Source: Phoronis australis (lineage: Eukaryota > Animalia > Phoronida). From it: 64,000 bases of DNA. This document shows positions 1 through 13,227 of the stretch, in pieces. The notes under the pieces were generated by a model. It saw only the letters and a program-made list of their open reading frames with translations, did no database searches and was not told the origin of the DNA. The translations under genes and the position numbers were made by a program. How positions within the stretch are numbered: the stretch's first letter is position 1; each line of letters opens with the position of its first letter. The stretch spans positions 409,560 to 473,559 of the forward strand of contig NMRA01000355.1 in the NCBI GenBank assembly GCA_002633005.1, in the 5' to 3' direction.

Positions 1-1580
1 GTCGCCTGGACTGGAAAACCAAATGGACAGTGATCAAATGTGTTGTTTAGACTTCAAAACGCAACAGCCTCACCAAAAACTAGTTGGCTGGACCCAAAAC
101 ACGATGGCCAGTGCTATAACTAGTTGGCCTGTGATCAAGCACGACGACCGGACTTCCTCAGATACTCACTTTGAAAGTTTTGAAGGATTCAATTAACATT
201 TAGTGTTTATTTTCGTACTCATGAGTTCGCTTTCCTTAAAATCGGTGATTTGTTTGGCTATTGTGTTTGAGCACCGGCCAACCCATTTTAGGTCCGGCTT
301 ACCAGTTTTTTAGTGCAGTCATCTGGTTTTGTGGTACCGGTCAACCCCGTTTTGAGGTCCGACCATCTAGTTAGAACACAGGTCATTAGATTTTGCAGTC
401 CAACCAGCTGGTTTTGAAGTTCGGGCAAGTGGTTTTGAAGTCCGACCAATTGCTGATTCCCCCTTGATATTGCCGATCAGCATATTTGCCCTGCCAAACC
501 AACGTCATCATGCATGGTTCTAAACTTTCATTTCATCCAAGGAGTAAACTTTTGATGTATACCACTTATCACTATATGTAATTGGTCTCAATTTGTTCCC
601 TTAATTTTCAGACGAGAAATTATTTATTGGTTCGCTTCTTTGCCCGTTGAGGGTATGAAGCGCCTCCTTATGGCCATTTTGTATTACAGTGTATAACGCT
701 CGCCTCATAGAATGATACACCGTAACAAGCCATCTTGTAGAAGCTGGTCGCAAGCAATGCTGAACTGTCAATTTTTTCAACACCTTTAAATCACTTCCAA
801 TTGGAACAAGAAACAATTTTGAGGCCCATCCCATAACAGCAAGTGGCCTAAATTTAGTGTTGGTTTTTGTAATGGATGTCAAGGTGATATCAGCTTTGTA
901 GAGTGTCACCAATTGCATATCAAAAACACCATAGAACAACCCCACCAGTCATCAGGCATCAAATTAGAACAACCGCAAACACTATCTGATGATTTGTTAA
1001 GTAGCGAATGTGGATTCACGAAGATTTACTGGTCGATGCATAACATGTAAAATCAGGCAACCAATCACAGCGATAGTCATTCTTCATTGTGTTCAGTGTG
1101 AAAAGTCAACACATATTGATGCTCGTTTTCCTATGGTTTCTGGTATTAAAAGGAACCACGATGCATTGCTTTAGTGGTTGCTGTGACAACTTAGTGTACA
1201 GCCACACTGTGGCTCTTTGCATTAGATTTAATTTGTGTTTTCTATCATTCTTAAAATCCGTTGAATCACGCACTCGAATATTTTAGAATATTTTCTCTAG
1301 TCAACGTTTCAGACTCTCAGCTCAATATGTGTCTACTGTTTTATGTAATAACAATGTTGTAGCTTTCACTCTTGGTTAGAAGTTCAGCGAACTATTGCTG
1401 GTTATATCTAGTTGCCTTACACTGTTGTCATGTTGATCAGGAAAGAGTGAGCTTAATAGTTGTAGCTCTGGTTTGTGATTCTGCCTCATAGCACATGTTG
1501 CTTAATGGTAAGCAGGTTTGAATATATTGACAAACTAGACCTGCTTCTATTTAAGTTACAGTGAGTTTTTTTTTTTACAG

Positions 1581-3042
1581 ATTGGTCGCAATTTCCAGCC
1601 GAGCTCAAACCGGCTAAGAAGCGTAAAGGGAAGCCTATTGTGAAACCAAATCTTGTAAAAAAGAAGACAGTCGATTTGAATTTACTCGAAAGTCTACAGG
1701 TGAAACTTGGGTCATTGTGTCACTCTCTTGATGTAGATTTTATGATAAACTTGAGACTTGTTTCTAACCAAGCATGGAAAACTTGAGCAAATGAAAAAAG
1801 AAATTGAAAACCCAAGGACCACTAATAGAATGTTCATTTTCGACTTCATCAGTATAATAACTAATGACAATTTGCCTTAGTTTCCAGTGGTGGCCAGTAG
1901 GAATCCCACCTGACTGCAGTTTACTGTTATGTCGGACCTTTGAAGAATGTCCAAATTTGTCTATCTCAGAAAAGGGGTGACCGGATTTTATAGGAAATTT
2001 TTAGGTCCTCTGCTGCACTAAAACTGTTAGGATTTGTTTTAAATTGGTCAAGGGCAATCAAAATGAGGACTTGAAAAGCTATGTCAACAAAGGAAATGAT
2101 AACTTAGAAAACTGTATCACATTTTTGACATTTCATATTGAACGTTTATATTAAACAAAGTTTAGTATTGTTATTTGTACAATTGTTTTGCTGTAACTGT
2201 GTCATTTTCGTATAGTTCCGTGCAGTGTCACAGTTGTTTTGTGATGGAACTCTGCGTTCTTTCAAGATTGCAAATTTCTAATCACACAGTGATAACCCCG
2301 AGGACCATGTGTTAAATGATTGTTTCAGCAGGAAGATTAGCCTCCTCTAACCTTGTATATTTCTGTTTGAAGTTTGTGACTTCAGCTCGACCTAACTAGC
2401 TCTTTGTGGGACTTTGTATGATCTATATTTCCTCAATTATTTTATGTGTTTCTGACTAGTATATGCTCTAAATCTGTAACGTCACAGACAATGTATATGC
2501 TTATTCTGGAAAATTTTTTGGAAAAAGAAAACACACTATGGATTGAATGTGACGACGAACACTTCTCCAGGCCCTGGTGGTGGCTTGCTCAAAAGAGACC
2601 CGCTTTCCATGGTGATTCTTGTTCATGTAGGAACTGGAAAAGAAAGAACAGCAGAGCGATGGCGAACAAGAGGAGGAGGAGGAGGAACAGAAGGGGTCAG
2701 GTGATGAAGAGGTCATTGATGAAGAGTTGTATGATGAAGAGGAAATGGAAGAGGTGAGGGGCATTGTGGGATAAGGGAGGTGCATTGTGGGATGGGGAGA
2801 GCAAACAGAAGGGGTCAGGCGCTTGCTTAGTAAGAAAGCATTGGTAATGCACCACCTGGATTTGTTTACTGTTGATTTTTGAAGGAACATTCATTCTGTG
2901 TGAAATTGGATGATAAAGCTATGGCATCATCACTTATTTCCTTTTCCAGGAGACTGATTACGTATCGTCGTACTTCGACAATGGCGAAGGTTATGGGGTG
3001 GACGACGAAGACGATGGTTTGGATGATGGCCCTACTTACTGA
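1581..3042 (+). CDS. POLR3G: RNA polymerase III subunit RPC7/RPC32 (Rpc31 family), last three exons: 1581-1699, 2631-2753, 2950-3042; 5' exons not located in the window
   Basis: Splice sites: ttttacag|AT TGG..CTA CAG|gtgaaa; catgtag|GAA..GAG|gtgagg; ttttccag|GAG..TAC TGA, with consistent phases. Translation: (D)WSQFPAELKPAKKRKGKPIVKPNLVKKKTVDLNLLESLQ-ELEKKEQQSDGEQEEEEEEQKGSGDEEVIDEELYDEEEMEE-ETDYVSSYFDNGEGYGVDDEDDGLDDGPTY*. The DW..P.EL motif, acidic tract and C-terminal E.DY..SYFDNG....D...Y* are typical of RPC7. The POLR3G vs POLR3GL distinction cannot be made for an invertebrate. Confidence 0.85.
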
Positions 3043-3634
3043 GGATGGGTGCGTTGAGTGGTGCCCAAAGCATTGTCATGGTAGCTCCGAACATGGTCGT
3101 ATTTACTGAAGTTGGCTGGCATCAATCAACTTCAAGTTACCATATGTGTATGATTTGGTCCAAGAGTAGTGATCAGCGGTTGGGGGATAACCAGAACAAA
3201 ATTATAGTTAAGACAATGGTCTTATTTGGTGCGGTTGGCTGGCATCACGTGACTAAATTACCATGTATGTCTGATTATAGACAAGACTGGTTACCAGCAT
3301 TTGGTAGGAAATCATGACGACAAAGATGGTGGCTCACATGACGCTCATGTGTAATTGATGTTGGTTGGAGTCGATAGTCTCATCTACAGAAAGACTTATC
3401 CTAGAACAATTTGCACTATCTGATCAGCAGCTGACCATCATCGGTCTGCGAGGAGTTGTCAACGAGGAGTCGTTTCTGCAGTCTGTTGTTGGGTGGGCAA
3501 ATTGGTCGTCTAGCTTAGACCACCGATTGGGATTATGGGCATTCGCGATTGGCAATCATCATTTAATGACTTAGAACATGAACTTTGGCCAAGCTAGACA
3601 TCAAGCTTTTTTTGTTCGAATTGCGTGAAATTAG

Positions 3635-3640
3635 AATAAA
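3635..3640 (+). promoter_or_regulatory. candidate polyadenylation signal of the RPC7 gene
   Basis: AATAAA about 600 bp downstream of the TGA at 3040-3042; position only, no transcript evidence. Confidence 0.3.
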
Positions 3641-4191
3641 GTAAATGTTGTTCAAGTTGTAGAATTTTCAAGGACGTGGAGAAATCAAATGTTAAATGAT
3701 CTGGCAGAAATGTAATTTCGAACTCTATGAGGTGTGTTTTACTCATAACAATCAAAAAACGTTTTAATGCTACAGTAAAATTATACAAAAAAATCCAAAA
3801 ACAACTCTTGACGTGTTACTACAGCAGGTGTTCTTAAGGTCTTGCTGCAGTCTGTTAACGGGAGTATAGAATGTGATTAACTCACATCCATAGGAACTGG
3901 CTCCAAATTGGAGACGAGCAATATGGCGACTGGTGGCCTGTTCAACCTGCTGTATTTTGCTTACAGAAGAATGAACCTTGACCCCTGTACTCACATAGCA
4001 CATGCTTTCTAAAACAAAGCTTAACTACTGATTTTCCAGTTAGAACTTTTGACCTTTTGTAATTTCCTATTGAGAATTGGCAGGGGCTAGAATCTCCCCT
4101 AGACATCCTCAGTAAGGTGTCGTACACTTTCTGTTCTTATTGCCTGGACAAGAACTGATTATATCAGTGTGGTTAATAACACGTATGCACC

Positions 4192-4436
4192 CAGGTGCGG
4201 CTCGAATGAGCCCCCTATTTGGCGAAGTGGGCAAAGAAGGTCCACTTCAGATAGCAAAAACTCCGAAAAAGGTAGAAAACGAGACAAAAGTCCACTAAAA
4301 AGGCAGAAAATAGCAAAATTTGACGAAGGAACATTTCATTAAGCTCTGAACGTACCCTGTCAATTTTAGTAAAAGGTACATGTCAGTTCTCAAAAATTCA
4401 AGACCCTTCATTTTTTAGGCTGATTGAGCAGACCTG
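4192..4436. mobile_element. MITE-like element; related copy at 57498-57712
   Basis: Imperfect terminal inverted repeats (caggtgcggctc...gagcagacctg). The internal segment tggcgaagtgggcaaa(g)aaggtccac is shared with the element at 57498. Confidence 0.45.
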
Positions 4437-4523
4437 AATAAATGTTGGATGCTAACGATGATACCAGTTTGCTCGCAATTGGTGTGGTTGAGATTAGTCT
4501 ATAGCTGTCGGTCTCGAATTTGA

Positions 4524-5220
4524 TTTTTACGCGCCCACATATTTATATGTGGACGCATTATGCCGTCATCACCATCCGTCCGGCGTCCGCTGCTGTATCT
4601 CCAAAACCCTTTGACATATGTTCATGAAATTTGACACATATGTTCCATTTATGAATGGGACAGTATGAGCGAACTTTCGGACGGATCCGACTGTCGGTGT
4701 GCCCCCTAGTGGCAATTTTAGTTTACCTTTGTATCTTAAAGTTCCTAACGGATTTTCATGAAATTTGGTATCTAGGTACCTATTAGTGAGATGACGCTAT
4801 TCTCCCGTTTTCGAATGTATTCGACTTAGTTTGCGCCACCTAGCGGCCGTTTTTACTGTTTTCAAGTCTGTTTTTTGGGTCCACCCCTCTATCAACCAAA
4901 CCGCTCAAAGGATGATTGTGAAAATTGGCATGCCATGCCAATTTCACAATCATCCTATCATCATATGTTCTTACTATAAAGTGGACGGCCGACGACTTCA
5001 AGTACTGTGGCGTTTCCTAGTGGCAGTTTTGTTTTTAGCGCATATGGCTGTATCCCCTAAACCATTCGCAGGATCTTTACTAAATTTAGTAAGCATATTT
5101 ATGTAATGTTAACAATAGACCGTGACGACGACTTTCAGACAGATCTGATATTTGGTGTACCACCTAGTGGCAATTTTATTTTTTTACGTTAACCTCTGTA
5201 TCTTCAAAGGTACTCATCGT
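4524..5220 (+). mobile_element. non-autonomous Helentron/HINE-like repeat, 5' part, cut by the N at 5221
   Basis: Begins ttttta-cgcgcccacatatttatatgtggacgc (a hairpin) followed by a ccgtccggcgtcc microsatellite-like tract, then internal repeats with recurring (g)ccacctagtggc and ttcatgaaatttg motifs. 5080-5220 is nearly the same as 54625-54775. Confidence 0.5.
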
Positions 5221-5285
5221 NTTTTTTGCGGCAGCCAAGGGGGGGGGGCGGGCCCAGTGGCCGCTCCCCCCTAAATCCGCCTATG

Positions 5286-5548
5286 ATATCTAACCTTAAA
5301 AGGACATGTAGTGCTTAGTAAGCCAACACTGCTACGAAAAATCCATATCCCTAAATATATCTAACCTTAAAACGACGTGTAGTGCTTAGTAAGCCAACAC
5401 TGGTACGAAAAATCCATATCCCTAAATATATCTAACCTTAAAAAGGACTTGTAGTTCTTAGTAAGCCAACACTGCTACGAAAAATCCATATCCCTAAATA
5501 TATCTAACCTTAAAAAGACCTGAACTGCTTAGTAAGCCAACACTCGTA
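5286..5548 (+). repeat. 71-72 bp minisatellite, about 3.5 copies; marks the head of duplication unit 1
   Basis: Unit taaccttaaaacgacgtgtagtgcttagtaagccaacactggtacgaaaaatccatatccctaaatatatc starts at 5291, 5362, 5433 and 5505. Confidence 0.9.
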
Positions 5549-7809
5549 TGTTGTCTTGCTGACTATGATGTTTTAGAGTTACCTCACTATATGCCTGAAC
5601 AAATCAGGGCGTTTTTCTCCTTCCTTGAGGCAAAACGCCCACCCTACTGTAGTAAAGCGCCCAGGGGCTGGCGTTTTGCCCTGGATCGCAGAGTATTAAC
5701 AAAAATGATAAGTTTGATTAAGTTTCGATAGGAACTTGTTTTTCTGAGAGTAATTATAAGATAGCATGACGTGTCATTTAATAATCCTTGATTAGTTTCT
5801 GCTACAGCTTAACGTGGCTATAAACATTCACTGAATCGTTCAAGATTCGGTTTTCTTTCGGAAAACAGGAAATATCACGAAGCGTGACTCGAATAACAGA
5901 AACATAATGGATGATACGTCCGCCATATGCAAGGAGTCTGATAACACTTACATCAACATATATAAGCTTGTTAGAGGTCGATGTTTTTATGTCAGTTTCC
6001 ATCTCGGGTGCACTAAATTTATGTATTCTCCAAGAGGAATCGCAGAAGATTTTATTCCACCTTAGGAGCTTTAGTTTGGCTGTGACAAAGGTAATTTAAA
6101 AAATTTCCTAAAATTCTTTAAAATCTTGTGTGTTCAAATTGGCTGTGGACAGGACTCTTTTATAGTTCTTCGGTAATATTTTTCTGCACCAAAAGCTTTG
6201 GTCCATTTGCAATGTTCACGTTTTGTTTAAGGTATCATAAATCTTTTCAGTCGATTTCTGTAAAAAGTTAAATTTATAAAAGTAGCAGTTCCTTAAAATA
6301 GCAATTTCTAAAAAAATTGCAAATTTCGTGGTGACACGTTGGTCAAGTTACCGCTCGCTTTTCACCTTCCTCCCCCGGCTCTTCAGTTTTGATAACTGCG
6401 TAGGGTAGCTTTTCAATCCCCACCGTGATCAGTTTGCCTTTGACTCGAGCAATACTATTACATATAATAGAACTAAAGTAAGAAACAGCGTGATTCATAC
6501 ACAAAGTTTTTGCATTGCCCAACTTGCTCACGTCCCCAAATCAGTGTGGACGCCTTTGCCATCAGAGCCATTGTGTATTCAACTGATATGGTCAGTGGCC
6601 TCAATTTCTAATTTAATCGAATTGCTGGAAACCACAGTCGGGAATTGGAATTTGATGATAAAAACAAGGGGGTTTTATTATTATTATAAAGCTTTACATG
6701 TAGTCCTAACCAATAATATCAAGATGCCTTTCCTAACGTAAAATAATCCCCCAATATGCGCGTTTCGACTCTTCAACCCTATTATTACCCCCTTAAAGCC
6801 CATGCAGCCCCATCTTTGGTTCATGTTTCGGGGTGGACCTCTTTCGTTTCAATACCGAAGGTTAAGTTTTGGCAGGACACTCTGATGCCCCAAATCTGGC
6901 AAACTTCGGAACATCATATCTCAGAAATGTCTGGTCAGATTCACAGGAAACTTTAACATTCAATTCATCAAGCACTGTTCTCCAAAACGATGTTAGAGCT
7001 TGTTAATTTTAAGTGTTTTCACTTTTGCGGTTTTCCGCTCAACTGAGTTTTGATCGAGCATTGTCAACTAAACCCTAATTTCATTGTTTCATTTTAATGT
7101 TGTCATTTTGTTCAGAATGAAATCACTGAGCAAGACTTGTGAGCTACGGTTCCAGACAACCAGCGATTTCTCGCAAAATTAGTCAATAAACATGTCAATT
7201 GCAGTGGTCATTCTGGAAATGGTGCGGCCTCTGATCTTTTCAACTCCGGTCTTAGAGCCACTTTCGAGAAATTATCAAACTATATGTTAGGAATTTTTCA
7301 ACAAGACATTTTTGGGTGTTAAAATCATACAGTACTTTACAGAAATAAGTGATCTTTGGTTGTCAGTGTTAGTTCGTCAATTATTAATGAAACGTTTAGG
7401 CCCAACTAACAGGTGTGTTTTTGCATAAATTTCAAAAAGCTACTCGTGTATTCATTGCGTAGCTAACCCTGTGTGTGCGTGTGCGCGCGTGTGTTTGTGC
7501 ATGTATATACTATCACTGTTTTCTATTGGCTCTATTTTATTTGTGCAATGTCTACCAGTTTCCCATCTAAATGTTTGTTACCTGTATAATTCGAGGTCTG
7601 AGCAGTAATGTTATCTGCAGTATTGTCCCGAAAACGTGAAATAAAATCTAAGAAATGAAAAAAGCCAATCTAATACTTTGCGTTACCTATAGTACTTGCC
7701 AATAGTCCCGCTCTTGGCGGACTGTCTCACTTTTGGATTTTCCCCGCCATTCCGCCACACCATCAAAATGTCCCGTTTTTTCACTCACGGCGAAATTGAC
7801 AGATAGTAT

Positions 7810-8925
7810 TTTATACCGCATAATCAGCCTGTCATGGCCATTACAACCGTTGATTAATCCATTTTGTTTGTCATCGCGTGTTGATTAACATTTTGACGGG
7901 AACTCGACGCCGGATTAGAACACTTGGCCCAATGGAGTTAGGGTTGTGTATCCGGCTGACAGCATTCTGTGGGGATGTAAATCTCCTGTTTCCTCCCTTA
8001 CTTTTATTTCAATGCGTCCCTGCAGAAGGCATGGGCTGTCTTACAACAACTTGTGGCGCCTTTTATTACCCATCTTTCCAGAGATTATTATTTTATGTTT
8101 ACTGATTACTTTTCTCTCATATTTTTGTACCGTTATCCGTCATAATAAATGACGTTTATTTCGCCTAAATACGATCTCCTTTTTATCTCTGGAAACGGAG
8201 GTCTCGACGGACCTATCATTTTCGGGACATACGTCGAACATAAATGCTCTTTAACTCGTTAAATATATTTATGTGAGAATATGGACTCGTCCCACTTATA
8301 TCCCCCTTTTCCCTTCTTTCGGGCTGGTCCATTAATTCTTTGTGTAGATTTGCATGAGGTTAATTTGCACACCACGCCCTAGGACATTTTATTCCTAGCC
8401 TCACTAGTGGATCATTTCTGTCATGTGCCTCGAGTTTGGTCAGCTCCTGGCTTCTATAAGCTGATGATTGTCACTTGCCTTAGGGTTAACCTTTGTTCTC
8501 CGTAATGTGTTTCCTGTCATTCCTTCGCTTTAGCAGCACTTACGTTTGAATTTAATCTTCCTTCATTTTTCCCACCACCTCCCCCCCCTTTTTTTTCGCT
8601 GGTTCCTATTAAATGAGTGCTGCGCTTTTTATTTGCCCAACTTTCGAGAGATTATTATTTTATGTTTATGTATTATTTTACACTTGTATATCTTTATCGT
8701 TATCAGTTAATATAAATTACCTTTATTTCGGTGGAATACGGTCTTTTTTAACTCTGGAAACGAAGCTTGCGACGCACTTCGGGACATACGTCAAACATAA
8801 ATGGTATTTTTACCACATAATCAGCCTGTCATGGCCATTACAACCGTTGATCACCACATTTTGTTTATCAACGCGTGTTCATTAACATTTTGGCGGGAAC
8901 CCGAGGCCAGATTAGAAGACGCTTC
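7810..8925 (+). repeat. local direct repeats in permuted order
   Basis: cataatcagcctgtcatggccattacaaccgttgat at ~7819 and ~8816; ttcgggacatacgtc(g/a)aacataaatg at ~8221 and ~8778; gagattattattttatgttta at ~8080 and ~8647. Confidence 0.7.
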
Positions 8926-9952
8926 ACTCAAGTTTTGTGAAACGACAGCCGTCGCCTTAGCGACTGAGCTATTCCCAAGCTGACGTCATTTTACGAGAAC
9001 ACTGAATACTTAATGCGCAATAATCGCATGTTCAGCAAACCACATTGTATCGACATTTATTAGGCTGTGTAAAATATTACGTTCAATTTCCATCTATGAA
9101 AACGACGTTCTTAATCCAGTAAAATTTATCTGTCACCTTCTCTCACTTGTCATCGATTTCCTGTTTAAACGTTGGTAACATGTCGTCGGGAATCTTTGAC
9201 TTAGACATTATGTTTAGTAAATAGTGGTAACCTACTTTAGCAGACGAAATTTTCACGGTGGAAGTTTAGCATGATAAGATGTGTAGTAAGCTAGCGTATT
9301 TGCTTAAAATTTATTTGATAGATGGACTTGATTTCTATGTTATCGTTCAGTGTGTAATATAAATAGATCACTCCACTTGGGCGATATTTCTCCAATATTC
9401 ACGAGGGCCCTATATTACGACAGATAACGACTTTGTCGTGTGATAATATTTATGCATTTTCGCACGGGACGTAATTCTCTATTCCTGTTCGTCTGAAAAG
9501 GAAAGACAGGGCGTTTCATGTGTTTTTGTGGCATCCGCAATTTCCCCATTCGACTAAAAAAGCGTCGTCGGTCGCTTTTTGTGTGTTGCGGCGTTCATTT
9601 CACCTTTGGGTTTTGACATTTATGTAGACCCAGATGTCCCACTTTTTATCCGGATGTTCCGATTTTTAATTCAGTTATCCAGCTTTTAGATTCTCGAATA
9701 TTGACAACTATTCAGCAGGTGTTCAAAGAACATTGTGTCTTTGTTAGGAATATTGTCCACTTTCTTTAGTAACATTACAATTTTAAAAATTTGTTCCAAT
9801 GTTTTTCGTACACGGTAACACACACTGCATGTAACAGGATCACTAACTTTATTTTCTCAAGGCGTGAGTTTCTTCTGAAATGCTATGTAAATTTGTACAC
9901 TGCAGCCAATGTGATGAGCTTTTCACAGTTCGTGTTAAAGCTACAAAATAAA

Positions 9953-10245
9953 TGTGACGGGACGTTCGTAACTTTATGCTTATTGTTATTCTTATTTAGT
10001 TGCAAATGTTCAGTTATTCTTATGCTAATGTCTTTGTTGCGTCTCAGTGCGCCTTTGTTACGTGGGCATGTGGGCGCGACTGTATGTGTCGGGCACTTCG
10101 CTAGCGACAGGCTTAGGAGAAGGGTGTTTCCTTCTTTTGCTGTCATGGAAAGTTGATCGTTATCATGTGAAAAATTGAACTGAAACGAATGCCTGATGAG
10201 AGAAAATACATATTTTAAGGTTCAGTGGAGACTTGCTCTGTTACA
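9953..10245. mobile_element. solo LTR (293 bp) with 4-bp target-site duplication, Gypsy-like
   Basis: Ends are TGTGAC...GTTACA (TG..CA inverted ends), flanked by taaa/taaa. The paralogous site at ~32437 is empty and has a single taaa. Confidence 0.8.
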
Positions 10246-11430
10246 TAAATATTTGCCCATTTATATCTAATCTGCAAATTTTGATTGGTAGTTGGAATAA
10301 TTTGTTCATCAAGGTTTCTGTAAATGTCACTGAGTCCAGGCTTTTTACTGGAAATTTAATTATATCAAAAGACACCAAAATCCTATTAATATTTAAAGAT
10401 GCACAATTTTTGATGAATGCCCGCCTAAATTCTTCCCGGCAGCTGTGAGACATCCATATTCTAAAATCTTTGCCTTGATAGGTTGCAATGTTTTGAAACA
10501 TTAAAACTATTTCTCTAATAATTCAATTAGTCATTTATGATACCACCTTTGTTCATTTTCTATTTATATTTTATTACACCCGAAACTAATTGTCATTATA
10601 CTCAATTAGTTGACATATTAAATGAGTAATGTGCTAATTATTACTTGAAGGGTTTCCTTGTTGCACTCTTTTTTTGATTTTGGTAACACTCTTCGTTTTC
10701 AGAATTAAAAAAAAATTTAAAGCTGTCAGATATTTAAAACGATATTCAAACTTGATTAAAAACACGACTGTACTTTTTGTTAGACGGCTTGATGTCCACG
10801 CGCTCATATTAACTTTAAAATTTTCGATTTTCCGACAAACAAGCTTTAGTATTTCAAATCACCACTTTTATATCAAATACAACTAGACATAGCATCAGCA
10901 GTGGATCAAGTGTTAGATTTGCGCATCAGTAAATAATATCTGATGGTACGTTAAGTAGCTGACCTCAAACTTACGGGCATTCATTGCTCGATACATATGC
11001 GCTCAAAATTGGAGGTGTCATCAACAATTAGATCAAATTTACTCATACAAGTGTTTTTCCATGATGACGTCAACATTGAATATGTTTGTCCGGCGAACTA
11101 CTACTTTAACATTGTCTTCCAGACGCTTCGGGGCTTCATGGAGTTTTCGGGGGCACTTGATGTCAACGTTTTATTATGGTGCTTTCGCATCGCAGTAGGT
11201 CTTTACTGTTGGGACTAGCGTTGACAAATACCACCGATTCCAGGCATTTAAAATTTCTGGACAAGTTTTCTAGCGTCAGCCGTTTGCAGTAAGGGTCAAA
11301 TTTAGATTTCAAGTGGAGGTTTGGGCCAAGGCTGAGCAAGTAATTCTCGTCATCCGAAAGTTTGTGTGACGACGTGTTGACAAACGGGGATATCGCCATG
11401 AAGAAGAGCAAATGGAGCAACCGTAGAAAT
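10246..11430 (-). mobile_element. degraded Penelope-like retroelement RT fragment; second copy at ~32440-33600
   Basis: Minus-strand peptides in the expected order: VNTSSHKLSDDENYLLSLGPNL (cf. NLS..LS..E..LL.KGLNF), RLEDNVKVVVRRTNIFNVDVIMEK...DDTSNF (cf. L..N..IVI..ADKG..VVIMD....L.D...F) and LNINRILVSFD (cf. LVSFDV.SLFT). Frameshifted and stop-ridden. Confidence 0.5.
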
Positions 11431-13227
11431 AGTATGAAAAAAATTGTCTCAAGGAAAATTTTCGGTCGATATGATCTGATTCTAAAGAGGAAAAGCTAAT
11501 GTCCTTTTTCTCGGTTTCACAATTAATTGCAAAGTACCCTCTGCACCAATAGAATCAGTTAACGAGGACGGTTTCTGACAGGAAGAATGTCTCCTCATAG
11601 ATAAGCCAGTCGTTACCAAATCCCTTTAATATTTTTGTATTCTGTTGAATGTAGAGATGTTGACCTTTGACCTCCTGAGGAGTTCTTCATGATCAGACTG
11701 AAACCGTCCTTGCTCGTCAATGCAATTTAATCCTATTTTAACCAGTATTGACAGTTTTTACTCATCCATGAGATGACATTTCACTCCCCAACATCGCTTC
11801 AAAATTTGATATTTGAAATCCATAAGTTTCTGGTCATCAACCATCGAAACAGTTTGGCAGTATTTCGGTATCTCAAATGCGTTCAGTTACAATAGATTTA
11901 ATAGAAAAAGCAAAACTTTGTTCGCTTACAGGGTAACAGATAATTCGGCCTGAATGCTGTGTTATCACCATAATTTGTACTAACAAGATTTCTTATATAG
12001 TAGCTTAAAAAAAGCACCACTCACTCGATTTAGTAAAAATCAGAGACCAGAAACAACTATACTCTTTAGCCTAACAGCAAGAACACTTAAAAAATTCATA
12101 ACACAACGTCATATTTATTTATGTGTGTACGTACGTATGAATGTATGTATAAGTAGAGTTTCAGAAACGGTTTTGGCTCCAAATCGGACCTTTGTTTTTT
12201 CTAACAGGAACTGGAACTGTCGGGCGTATGCAGTGAAAGTTAAATTTCCTTCCTCCACTGTAACCACTAACCACTAACTTGGAGGCAACACACGTTTAAC
12301 CAATTGTATCATTTTCTCTTTGAAATCCAGAACGATTGGACATGTTCATGGCATTCTGCTTTCACTGCACTAAAACTCAGAGCGAAGATTCGTCTCAGCT
12401 GTCTTCAAAGCGAAATGTTGCACGTTATTGTCAAACGTACATGGTTTGAAACTACTGATATATAATCTTTGTGCATATAGATCACATGCCGCATTGCTGT
12501 CATCTTTAGTTTGTTGATATGTCGTTCAAGCTGACTCTGCAATAGGCAAATTCACATCTGTTGGGCAATTATTGATTCAAAGAATGTTAACTTGTTGAAA
12601 AAATGCAGATTTATCTGATCTTGTCCACATTTGAAAGCTTACGAAGCCTTTCTTTGCTTGAAGTAACGATGGGTTGAGTTTTGAAAAGGGACGAGTTGAC
12701 GCATACCGAATATTTAGACATTTAGTGCGATATTAGTTCTAGCTAACTGAGAAATTAGCCAATGAGCGAGTGGGCTTGAGGTTGGTTTTCTTTGTTCGAT
12801 TAAGACGTATTATGATTACATAGAACGAGAGATGCGATTGAGACCATGTGACGACGTGTTGACAAAAGGGGATATCGCCATGAAGAAGAGCAAATGGAGC
12901 AACCGTTGCCTTCCCCCCCTTATGGTATCCTAGATCCGCTACTGACAGTACCATGTAATTCATAAAGTTTAAAAATGACAGTCACAATAGTAACACAATA
13001 ATAATCACAACACAGCGTAACTGATTAAACAAGAAGCAACACTTTGGCAATGAATTGCTTTTCTTCAATTTCTGACCTGACTTTGTAGTGCATAGGATGA
13101 CTTTACATGGGGTCACATCACAGTCATCACTCATTGTCAGACAGTAAAGTTAGGCAATAAAGTTCATTGCAAATGTTTTCAAGTAATCGGCTGCTGGCAA
13201 CCTACTAACCAAGTTGCTTGTTTCCAG

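Noticed and set aside
601-945. 114-aa minus-strand ORF in the RPC7 intron
   Set aside because: GTG start, no clear domain and no splice support. At most a decayed transposon fragment.
2446-3317. ORF-track proteins at 2446-2757, 2501-2890, 2879-3109 and 3045-3317
   Set aside because: They are alternative or antisense frames over the acidic RPC7 exons, introns and 3' UTR.
9883-10146. GIY-YIG-like 'IRITEH' peptide next to the Penelope fragment
   Set aside because: It lies mostly inside the solo LTR that is absent from the paralog, so the resemblance is probably chance.
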